Below are positions 18,459-26,542 of a DNA stretch of 64,000 nt, piece by piece; the stretch's first letter is position 1, and every line of letters starts with the position of its first letter. Both the position numbers and the translations under genes were made by a program. The notes under the pieces were generated by a model. That model worked only from the letters and a program-made list of their open reading frames with translations. It was not told the DNA's origin and ran no database searches. The DNA comes from an uncultured Gammaproteobacteria bacterium (lineage in GTDB: Bacteria > Patescibacteriota > Patescibacteriia > Magasanikbacterales > UBA922), in NCBI GenBank assembly GCA_964522435.1, contig CAZFUL010000005.1:21568-85567 (forward strand). The letters run 5' to 3'.

Positions 18459-20192
18459 ATGTCTTCGTCCGAAAAAAGGCGAGGAGCCCCACCGCTCCGA
18501 AGGCAAGATCTCGAACCTGCTCTGGTCACTGATGCCGATTCCGTAACGGTACGGCGTTATTTGTCCAGGCGGTCTGAGACCCCTGCCATCTGGGGGCTCG
18601 AACAGAGCGCAAATATCTCGGGTGCTCCCGCTGCACTCGCAGATACCTTCAACGTCTTGCTGTCCTCAGCGGTCGGCGTCAAGCCAGAGGACAGTGTCAA
18701 ACCTGCGCAACGCTATTGGCGAGGGATCCTTGATCAATCAATGGAGACCTCGCCGTTCGAGGCGTTGCGTGGAAAAACCCGTGGCGATGAACTCTTGTCT
18801 ACGATTGGCACCTTGGAGGCGGCGAACACCGTCTTCGGTCTGGTGCCCAAACAGGACAAAGAGAAACTCGATAAGTTGGCCCAGGCGCAAGCCGAGGCTG
18901 ATGAATTCGAGGCTGATGCGCAAAAAGCAGAAATGGACGCGCAAGCGTTTCAAGATCTGCTCGCGCAGATGCAAGCCGCGGTACAAACCGAAGACGGGGC
19001 TGGTCAGGGAAGCGGACAACCGCAACCTGGTCAGCCTAGTGTTGGTCAAGCAGGAGGAAAAGCTTCGGGTAAGTCCTCCAGCGGATCGGCGCAGATGAGT
19101 GCTGAACAAGCACAACAAATCGCTGATCAATTGACCAAGGCGCAGAACAAAGCAGCAGAAGCCCGTGAATTGGCAGATGCTGCTCAAGAAGAGCTTCAGG
19201 CCAAAGCTGACGCATTGATGGGGAAACCCGGAACTGCAGAGGCAGAAGCCAAGCTCGACGAACTGCGTCGACTCGGTCGTGCGGCCATGCAACAGGCAAA
19301 CGAAACGGTCGGAGAAGTCCGAGATACCGTGGCGGCCTGGGGCGTGGAAGCTGGCGAGATTGCCAACCTGGATCCGACGGAAGCGATGGCGCTTCTCGAG
19401 CGCATGAAGAGCAATCAGCATTTCAAAAAATTTGCTGAGTTGCTTGGACGCTTGCGTCGGGCCGCGGAGAAAAAGGCTCGGATGGAAGAAAAGGGTAAAA
19501 GCACACGCGTGCCCCGAATCCATCTGGGTCGAGATATCGGCCGAGCACTGCTCAGTGAGGTCGCTGCCTTCGCGATGGGTGATATCCATGAGGATATGGT
19601 CACCGAGCGATGGGCACGCGGTACATTGCGACAGCGCGGAGCCGTGACCAAGCGCCAACAAAGCGCAAGCGAAGGCCCGATGGTGATCTGCGAAGATGCC
19701 TCGGGATCGATGGCTGGTGAGCCCTATCGCTGGGCAAAGGCCGTCACCTTGGCGCTGGCCACACTTGCTCGTGAAAAGAAGCGGGGCTACGGCTGGGTCA
19801 TGTTCGATGAACGCGTTCAGCGTTCGCGCGCATATCCTGCCGGAAAACTCGGAGCGCGTGACATCCTCGAAATTGCCGAAACGGCAGCAACCGGTGGTGG
19901 CACAAACTTTGAGGCACCGCTTCTCCAGGCAAAGAAAATGATCGACGAAGAAGGTCTTGAAAAAGCCGACATCGTTCTGATCACGGATGGGGACTGCGCG
20001 GTTTCGCAGCAGTTCCTCGAAAAATTCTTGGCCTGGAAGCAAGAACGGTCGGTGACAGTGATCTCCGTGGTTATCAATGTGGGAAGCTATGCTTGCTCCA
20101 CTGCCACGGTTGATAAATTCTCCGACCGCGTCGAGCGCGTCTCGAGCTTCACCGCGGAAGCGGCTGAAGCTCAGGTGTTCGCCCACCTCTGA
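18459..20192 (+). CDS. VWA-domain protein (ViaA-like partner of the ATPase)
   Basis: MIDAS DASGSM, GGGTNF, ITDG; long helical and Gln/Gly linker. Confidence 0.85.
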   Translation: MSSSEKRRGAPPLRRQDLEPALVTDADSVTVRRYLSRRSETPAIWGLEQSANISGAPAALADTFNVLLSSAVGVKPEDSVKPAQRYWRGILDQSMETSPFEALRGKTRGDELLSTIGTLEAANTVFGLVPKQDKEKLDKLAQAQAEADEFEADAQKAEMDAQAFQDLLAQMQAAVQTEDGAGQGSGQPQPGQPSVGQAGGKASGKSSSGSAQMSAEQAQQIADQLTKAQNKAAEARELADAAQEELQAKADALMGKPGTAEAEAKLDELRRLGRAAMQQANETVGEVRDTVAAWGVEAGEIANLDPTEAMALLERMKSNQHFKKFAELLGRLRRAAEKKARMEEKGKSTRVPRIHLGRDIGRALLSEVAAFAMGDIHEDMVTERWARGTLRQRGAVTKRQQSASEGPMVICEDASGSMAGEPYRWAKAVTLALATLAREKKRGYGWVMFDERVQRSRAYPAGKLGARDILEIAETAATGGGTNFEAPLLQAKKMIDEEGLEKADIVLITDGDCAVSQQFLEKFLAWKQERSVTVISVVINVGSYACSTATVDKFSDRVERVSSFTAEAAEAQVFAHL

Positions 20193-20202
20193 AAACCAAA
20201 AA

Positions 20203-20421
20203 CTCCCCCAGCATTGCTGACAACTGGGGGAGCCTGAAAAACAGTCAGTCAGTGTTTCTCGCCTGGCAATGAGAAAACACTGTCAAAAAGTTACGCCAAA
20301 GGAGATTCGTGGTGACTCCAAATAATTTCATCACACAACCGGTCGTTTGTTTTGCTGCACACACTGCAAACGACCCTTCAACTTTCTTTCTGATAGGAAT
20401 GTCGGGGAGAAAGAGAAGAGA
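20203..20421 (+). ncRNA. Conserved spacer module, long copy 6
   Basis: Hairpins CTCCCCCAG/CTGGGGGAG, CAGTGTTTCTC/GAGAAAACACTG and GGTCGTTTG[..TGCACA 20356-61..]CAAACGACC, then a further hairpin. Confidence 0.7.
20293..20392 (+). repeat. 100-bp direct repeat, copy A
   Basis: 96/100 identical to 23326-23425 by manual alignment. Confidence 0.95.
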
Positions 20422-20527
20422 TTCCTGGAATCGGACGCTGCAACCGATTCACACACAAAACCGTTCCAGTATGGAAAGCTCTATCCGTACTACGCAGAAG
20501 GAACAAGCCTCTTGAAAGGAGGAGAGC

Positions 20528-20839
20528 ATGCAGTGGACTATTGTATTTTTTTCATCGTGGGATCACCCCGTCGATGAACGCCCTGGCCTGGTGCCCGAAG
20601 GGTGTCTGGGTCTGTACCTCATTGATGTGAGGCACGATTCCGAAGAATTCTTGCTCGAGGGGTATCTTCCTATGGGGCAAGAAGTCGACGCACAGGTCTG
20701 CTTCGACTTGAAAAGTACGGAGCAGGTGTACCGAGGGGTGGGGGCAGAGTCTCCCATCGCGGAGTTCCGCAACGCCCAAGGTGAGGTGGTCGTCCGCCTC
20801 ATCTGGGATCAGGAGACGGGGGAGTACCGGCGGGAGTGA
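20528..20839 (+). CDS. Hypothetical protein
   Basis: SD AGGAGG; 103 aa. Confidence 0.7.
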   Translation: MQWTIVFFSSWDHPVDERPGLVPEGCLGLYLIDVRHDSEEFLLEGYLPMGQEVDAQVCFDLKSTEQVYRGVGAESPIAEFRNAQGEVVVRLIWDQETGEYRRE

Positions 20840-21117
20840 TCTCGCCGTAGCCATAGAAAAAGAAAGGGGGAACAGTGGTGATCTCGTGCCCTCCGAGATC
20901 GCCTTCCCAAACCACTTCCACAGACAGGTTCTGATAGATATGTACTCTCTCTCATATCTGTTACGAAATTATCTGTATGGGGAAGTGATTTGGGGAAACC
21001 CTAAAATTCGTTTTTCGCTCTAACAATCCTGTTGGCACGAAAAACATTGGTCTTTCAAATCAAAAATAAACCAGCCCCCCGACTTTAGGTCGGGGGGTGT
21101 AGACAAGGAGATTTGCG

Positions 21118-23223
21118 ATGTCGACCACCACCCCAGCTCCGGAAAAGATCATTTCCCTCATCACTTCTGAAGAGGGAAAAGATTTTAAGACAAATGGGGA
21201 AGTGGTGGGAAACTATCGCTACTCCATTGTTTTTTTCCCGCGCGGGGAAAAGTGTGAGCCGGGGAAAGAATACCGGCTTGAGCTGACTCCTTTACGGGGT
21301 CAAGACGGAAACCCTCGAACCGACAAGCGCGGAAAGGTGATGTACACATCACGCCCCGCTGCCGTGGAGATCACCGAGACCTGGGAATCCTTGCCCGACG
21401 GCAATATCCAGCAGCTGCAAGTCCGCACGGACTGGCGCTTGCAGGAAGTTGGTCGCCGGGTCATCGACGGCCCCCGCCCACCTGCGGCGCGCGAAGCTGC
21501 CGAGTTGTTCCCCACCACCCGAAAGGAGTTGGTGTTTGGCAGCTCGGTTGCCGACACGCACCTGGCAGAGGTTGTCGTGCACACCTTTCCCATCGAACAG
21601 GAAGAGGTGAAGGCCGGCAAAATCAGCTGGGTGCGCAGCGGGGAACGCCAGGTGGAGGACTCTCCCGTCCTCTACCTGGTGGACAGCCTTGTAGGCGTGC
21701 TGTATACCGGCACGCTCGACCTGGTGTACCCGCCGGAGCGTGACTGCTCCGTTGAGGTACGATTTACCGGAGGAAAATCCGGCACCCGCCTGTCGCTGCG
21801 CTGGGATGCTCTCCCGGCCTGGTTTCAGGCAGAGGTGCAGCGGCCGTATCCCGTCTGCCCCTGCGGCCGCAAGCGCGTGGGCTCCAACTCAGATGGCTAC
21901 GCCAAGTGCGAAAGCTGTCGGGACGAGGAAACCTGCGTGCGTTGCAACCAAGAGCGGCGCATCAACCTCATTGAGGGGCTCGCGATCTGCAAGGGTTGCG
22001 AGCCCATGGCTCGGCTTGAGGCGGAGGTACATATCCATGTGCCACAGTCCAAGCGAGCTGAGCTGGCTGCGCAAGCGGCTCGGCTCATGTCGGCGAATGC
22101 GCTTCCTGGTGATGTCGGCTACTCCCTGCTCAAAGAATTGTTGAGCGCTGAGGGGGTGGAAGGCGAAACCCAGGAAGTGTTGCTGCGGCGAGCAGATCAT
22201 GCCTGGCTCTACTTCTTCCCTACGGGAGAAGTATGGGCCAGCCACCTGCCTCTGGTGGCGCTGCAGATTTTGGCAACAGCGCTCGGCGCGGCGCAGGGCA
22301 ACGGCCTGGTCACCTTGGTGGCCTGGATGGTTAGCCCGACCTACTTTGTGGCCACGCAAGTGGAACACAAAGAGCTCTCCCTGTATTGGGAGACGCCGCT
22401 GCACAGCGTGCAGCTCGCCAAGCGGGTGCGCCAGGCGCATGCCGAGCGGCAACGCCGCCTCGATCAGATTGACGTGTTGATGGCAGGGCTCATGAACACT
22501 GATTTCAATGACGAGTGGCGGCTCAAACAGCTCCGCTCGGCGACGCTTCTTGATCAAGAGGATGGGGCTAGCGATAGCCAAATCCTCTTGGAAATAGAAA
22601 GCACGCAGGCGAAGCGGAAGGCGGAACGCGAGGAGCTCGTGGCAGTGAAAGCTGCGGCAAAGCCGATCGCGGAGAAGATCTTTGCTGAGGAGCATGATCT
22701 TCCCAAGGCCTGCCGCAAGGCCAACCGCGACAGCCAAGCCGAGGCGGTTGAGCACGCCTATGGCTGGATCACCAGCCGTCGTCGCTGGGAGCACGATGAG
22801 CCGGTCGTCCAGAATTGGCTGGACTGGGAAAATCTTGAGCGCCTCCGGGAGTTTGTACAAAAGTACTCCTGGGTGCTCGAGCCCATCCGTCCGCTCGTTG
22901 TGCCGCCTCGCCCTCGTTGGGGCGATCTCCCGAACCCGAGCGCCGTCCCGACCCCTGCTCGCCAGAGCAACGGTACTGTGGCCACCTTCACCGATACTGG
23001 TGATGGTCGACACTTCCGTTGTTCTGCTTGTAACGGTACCCATCGGGTAACAAAAGCAGAACAGCGCAGCTACAAAGATGGCGAAGAAATTCACCTGATC
23101 TGTGGCTGTAGTGCCGAAGGAAGGGTACGGCAGGTTGTTGCTCCCGTGTCTCCCAGCACCGCTGGTGCTGGAGACATGGCTGATCAACTGGCCGCTTTGC
23201 GCAGCAAGTGGGGTGGCTCCTAG
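21118..23223 (+). CDS. Large hypothetical protein with zinc-finger-like Cys clusters
   Basis: SD AAGGAG; CPC, CESC, CVRC, CKGC, CSAC, CGC. Confidence 0.8.
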   Translation: MSTTTPAPEKIISLITSEEGKDFKTNGEVVGNYRYSIVFFPRGEKCEPGKEYRLELTPLRGQDGNPRTDKRGKVMYTSRPAAVEITETWESLPDGNIQQLQVRTDWRLQEVGRRVIDGPRPPAAREAAELFPTTRKELVFGSSVADTHLAEVVVHTFPIEQEEVKAGKISWVRSGERQVEDSPVLYLVDSLVGVLYTGTLDLVYPPERDCSVEVRFTGGKSGTRLSLRWDALPAWFQAEVQRPYPVCPCGRKRVGSNSDGYAKCESCRDEETCVRCNQERRINLIEGLAICKGCEPMARLEAEVHIHVPQSKRAELAAQAARLMSANALPGDVGYSLLKELLSAEGVEGETQEVLLRRADHAWLYFFPTGEVWASHLPLVALQILATALGAAQGNGLVTLVAWMVSPTYFVATQVEHKELSLYWETPLHSVQLAKRVRQAHAERQRRLDQIDVLMAGLMNTDFNDEWRLKQLRSATLLDQEDGASDSQILLEIESTQAKRKAEREELVAVKAAAKPIAEKIFAEEHDLPKACRKANRDSQAEAVEHAYGWITSRRRWEHDEPVVQNWLDWENLERLREFVQKYSWVLEPIRPLVVPPRPRWGDLPNPSAVPTPARQSNGTVATFTDTGDGRHFRCSACNGTHRVTKAEQRSYKDGEEIHLICGCSAEGRVRQVVAPVSPSTAGAGDMADQLAALRSKWGGS

Positions 23224-23231
23224 AACTAAAC

Positions 23232-23459
23232 CTTTCCCGGTTGATGCTGGTATCCCGGGGGAGTCTGAAAAAATTTACCAGTGCGTGTCTCTTGCTTGGC
23301 AACAGGAAGACACGGAAAAAAAGAAACGCCAAGGGAGATTCGTGGTGACTCCAAATAATTTCATCACACAACCGGTCGTTTGTGTTGCTGCACACACTGC
23401 AAACGACCCTTCCACATTCTTTCTGTCACAACGCAGTTTGGTACGGAGAGAATGAGAAG
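23232..23459 (+). ncRNA. Conserved spacer module, long copy 7
   Basis: Same hairpin order as copy 6 with compensatory changes; TGCACA 23389-94. Confidence 0.7.
23326..23425 (+). repeat. 100-bp direct repeat, copy B
   Basis: 96/100 identical to 20293-20392. Confidence 0.95.
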
Positions 23460-23575
23460 TGTTTCCGCCCGAGAGAAGAACGGGCGGTGTGTGTGGTCTC
23501 GTCAGTGGGTTACTGATTGAGGCCTTTCCAACCCAGTCCCCGCTACCGTGGGAGAAAACGGAGAAGGAGAAGATC

Positions 23576-24109
23576 ATGGCTCGTCGTGATGAGCCCATGT
23601 CGCGTGAGAAGTGGCTCGCGCAGCGAAACAATGGACGAATCTTTGAGAGCTGGGAGGATTTCCTCTCGGCCATCAAAGAGGCACCCACGGTATCCATGGG
23701 GAACGAGCCGGAGGGGACCATTCGTTTCTCCTCGTGCTTCGTTCTCGCACACGGTCCGACCCGCTATGTGGTGTACACGCTCGGCACCCCAATCTTTGGG
23801 GTGAGCGTGGGGCAACAAGGCGTTTCTGAGCTCTCCTGGTTCCCTCTGGAGCCGGTCGAGTTCACGCCCGAAATGCTTCTCACCCTCGTTGGGGTGGGGT
23901 GTAAGTTCAACGACACTGGGAGCGAGATTCGCTCCCTCACGGGCTGGGAAGCCATGCTCCACCTGGAGCAGCGCTACAACTGGCTCGTGCAATCCGGCAA
24001 GGTGGATCCTCGCGGTGGTGGGCTGCTCTCACCGAGTTCGGCCTTCTTCCGTGAAGGCGAAGACATGGCCGATCTCGAACAGCAGATCGCTGCGCTCGAG
24101 ATCGCCTGA
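23576..24109 (+). CDS. Hypothetical protein
   Basis: SD AAGGAG before ATG 23576; 177 aa. Confidence 0.7.
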   Translation: MARRDEPMSREKWLAQRNNGRIFESWEDFLSAIKEAPTVSMGNEPEGTIRFSSCFVLAHGPTRYVVYTLGTPIFGVSVGQQGVSELSWFPLEPVEFTPEMLLTLVGVGCKFNDTGSEIRSLTGWEAMLHLEQRYNWLVQSGKVDPRGGGLLSPSSAFFREGEDMADLEQQIAALEIA

Positions 24110-24671
24110 AGCGTGTAACCAAAAACAAAGGAGAAAATAGCAAAAAATAAAAAAGCTGCGCCATAATTCAAAGGCGTAGAGGTGGGTGACCTCGCGGGAT
24201 TCCTAAAATTCCCAACAGAGCCAACCCCGACGAGGTCGGGGAGAATTGCGCCCATGCTATCACGGGCGCGGACTAGAGAGTCCGAAGTGCGCAAGCACAA
24301 GTCAAGCATCTGGAGCAGTTGCTCCTCGTGCGATAGTTGCTGAGCTTATCCTATTCCAATCGAGAATGCCCAAAACGGTCACGTATGTGACTTCTCGATA
24401 TACAAGCGCTTGTATAGGCTTGTCGGAGTACCCGGGGTAGGCCAGTACCAATTTAGGGTACTGTTCTTTTTCTCTTCCGCTTCACGCCAAGGGGGGTGGG
24501 CGGAGTGATGAACTGTTGCTACAAGCGACAATTCGTCCAATAACGACGGGAGTGTTTATTGCAAACACCCCCGGTTCGACTATCATTTTCTTTTTTATAA
24601 AAGGAAGTGATTGAGAATATATATAATCAATCAGCTGCCCCACCAGCGGATTTTTTATTTTCCAAAATTAC

Positions 24672-25295
24672 TTAGTTCTTCAACAACAGCGAAATAGGAT
24701 CACTCTCATCCAGCACTTTTCTCGCCGGCGAATATTGTCTGCCATATTCAATCATACGCACGGTAAATAAAAACCATTCTTCTTTTGGTAATAATTGCAT
24801 CAGCTCTTGCTCAATTTTTTTTGGATCACTGTGTGTGGTTAATCCAAATTTTTGTGCCAGGCGTGTGACATGCGTATCAACCGCAATCCCTTCTGCAATA
24901 CCGTAGGCTTGCCCCAACACAACATTTGCGGTTTTTCTTCCCACGCCTGGAAGGAGCCTCAACTCGGTAATTGTTTTTGGGAGCACACGATTGAATTGCT
25001 CATCAAATATCTTTGCGGCTGCCAAAATATGTTTTGCTTTTGTTTTGTAAAAACTTACTGAATGCATGTCTTCTGCAAATACGTCCAACTCAGCAGTTAA
25101 ATAATCATCGAGTGTTTTATATGTTTGAAATAAGGTCTTGGTTACCACATTTACTTGTTTGTCCGTTGTTTGCGCGGAGAGCACCACGGCGACAACGAGT
25201 TCCCAATCATTACTAAAATTGAGGCTGGGTGTTGGTGCAGGGAATAATTTTTTTAGTGTATCGAGAACGATAGTTGCACGCTGTTGCGTAGTCAT
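24672..25295 (-). CDS. nth: Endonuclease III (HhH-GPD), lacking the Fe-S cysteines
   Basis: VLSAQTTD, LPGVGRKTANVV, IAVDTHV; start uncertain (25295 or 25316). Confidence 0.9.
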   Translation of the reverse strand: MTTQQRATIVLDTLKKLFPAPTPSLNFSNDWELVVAVVLSAQTTDKQVNVVTKTLFQTYKTLDDYLTAELDVFAEDMHSVSFYKTKAKHILAAAKIFDEQFNRVLPKTITELRLLPGVGRKTANVVLGQAYGIAEGIAVDTHVTRLAQKFGLTTHSDPKKIEQELMQLLPKEEWFLFTVRMIEYGRQYSPARKVLDESDPISLLLKN

Positions 25296-25312
25296 ATGAA
25301 GGGGGGAGTATA

Positions 25313-26428
25313 TCACGCTGGCCGAAACACTTCATCACTTTCAATAAGCCGAATATATTTTCCTTGTTCTAACAAATACTTAATACCTTCGCCATAAATG
25401 CGTTCATCTGCCGCATCTTTACTGCCAATAATTACCCATTTACAATTTTTGAGTTCAGCAATGTGCTCTGCACAGGGAATGTGTCCTGCGTCATTTCTAT
25501 AAATACAGGGCTCCATGGTCGAATACACGGTTAATTGTCGTGTTGACCAATCAGGACAGTTTTGTTTTAACATCGTGACGGCATCTTGTTCGGCATGCAG
25601 TTTGCCACGGCGAAAGCCCCAGGCAAGAATATCAAAATTTTGTGCGTCTACAATAATACTCCCCACACCATAGCCACGTTTTGATACATTAGAAAAGGTA
25701 GAACAGGTTTCGGTAATATCAAAAAAACGTTCATCCATGGCTTTCCAAAAGGCATGTTTTAGGTCATAGGATAACTCTGCGTTTACCTTGCCAGTTTCTG
25801 GAGTAATGTGCGTAGTAATAAGATATTTGTAAGGATATCCGTACAATGTTTTATCTGTTTCACGATAATTATGTTTATCGTTCACACAGTAAATGCCCAT
25901 AATCTCTGTTTGGGGAAGGGATTCAATAGCCGCAACCAGTGCTTTTACCGTACCACCTGTAGAGACCATACAATCCACAATCGCTACTTTTTTTCCTTCT
26001 ATCACTTTTGATAAATACATGTCTCGTTTATGGTAGCCAGCTTCTTGCACGAGTTGTACACAAGGGACATTATAGTGAAATGATTTGCTAATAATAAGTG
26101 GAAGCGCTAGTTCTCCAGCAACAAAGGTGGCAATACCAATACCATCCGACTCAATAGACACAATCACTTCTGTTTCTTTGGGAATCATGCCAGCCAAATA
26201 GCGTCCCAATAGTTTATAGTGTTTGGTATTTGCCAGGGTAAATCCTTTAAAGGGATACAAAAAATACCAATAGTCTTCAATACTTCCATTATTTCCACTC
26301 ACTTTATACGTTTGTGCTTCTGTAAATAAATCAACGGCTTCATCTAAGAGTCGCTTTTCTTGCATCACGTCGCTACTGATGCGTTGAATATCCTCTTCGA
26401 GTGTTTGATACAGCACGGGTTGTTTCAT
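25313..26428 (-). CDS. Phosphoribosyltransferase fused to a Zn-dependent deaminase
   Basis: PRPP loop AIVDCMVSTGGT; HAE...TMEPC..(8)..PC. Confidence 0.8.
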   Translation of the reverse strand: MKQPVLYQTLEEDIQRISSDVMQEKRLLDEAVDLFTEAQTYKVSGNNGSIEDYWYFLYPFKGFTLANTKHYKLLGRYLAGMIPKETEVIVSIESDGIGIATFVAGELALPLIISKSFHYNVPCVQLVQEAGYHKRDMYLSKVIEGKKVAIVDCMVSTGGTVKALVAAIESLPQTEIMGIYCVNDKHNYRETDKTLYGYPYKYLITTHITPETGKVNAELSYDLKHAFWKAMDERFFDITETCSTFSNVSKRGYGVGSIIVDAQNFDILAWGFRRGKLHAEQDAVTMLKQNCPDWSTRQLTVYSTMEPCIYRNDAGHIPCAEHIAELKNCKWVIIGSKDAADERIYGEGIKYLLEQGKYIRLIESDEVFRPA

Positions 26429-26542
26429 ACAATGATCTCTGGTTATAGCATATATAGCATTGTAGCATGCGCCTCGTCACCTTGACAAAAGGTCAAAAAT
26501 ATGCTACATTATGCGGCTTTCTACTTTTAATCGGAGGTACTT

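Larger units (their letters stand above)
10345..24660 (+). other. Accessory island of GC-rich, SD-led genes separated by structured spacers
   Basis: Abrupt rise in GC of coding parts; 11 of 12 genes on +; repeated spacer module; no integrase or tRNA at the ends. Confidence 0.8.

Noticed and set aside
20309-20515. Small ORF MVTPNNFITQP repeated in both long spacers
   Set aside because: Arises from the nucleotide repeat; the frames diverge after the core, and conservation follows base pairing
13898-23187. Long minus-strand ORFs (13898-15016, 17069-18529, 18738-20186, 21889-23187)
   Set aside because: Antisense shadows of high-GC genes that have SD sites and recognisable motifs on the + strand
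20293-23425. 100-bp repeat pair as a DGR template/variable repeat
   Set aside because: Mismatches are not adenine-specific, both copies are intergenic, and no reverse transcriptase is in the window
24180-24460. tRNA or tmRNA at the island end
   Set aside because: No cloverleaf with a TTC loop and CCA end could be built
10345-24660. CRISPR array or cas operon suggested by Csx-like genes
   Set aside because: No regularly spaced identical repeats and no recognisable cas1/cas10/cas7
10345-24660. Prophage or ICE
   Set aside because: No integrase, terminase, capsid, relaxase or att/tRNA boundary seen
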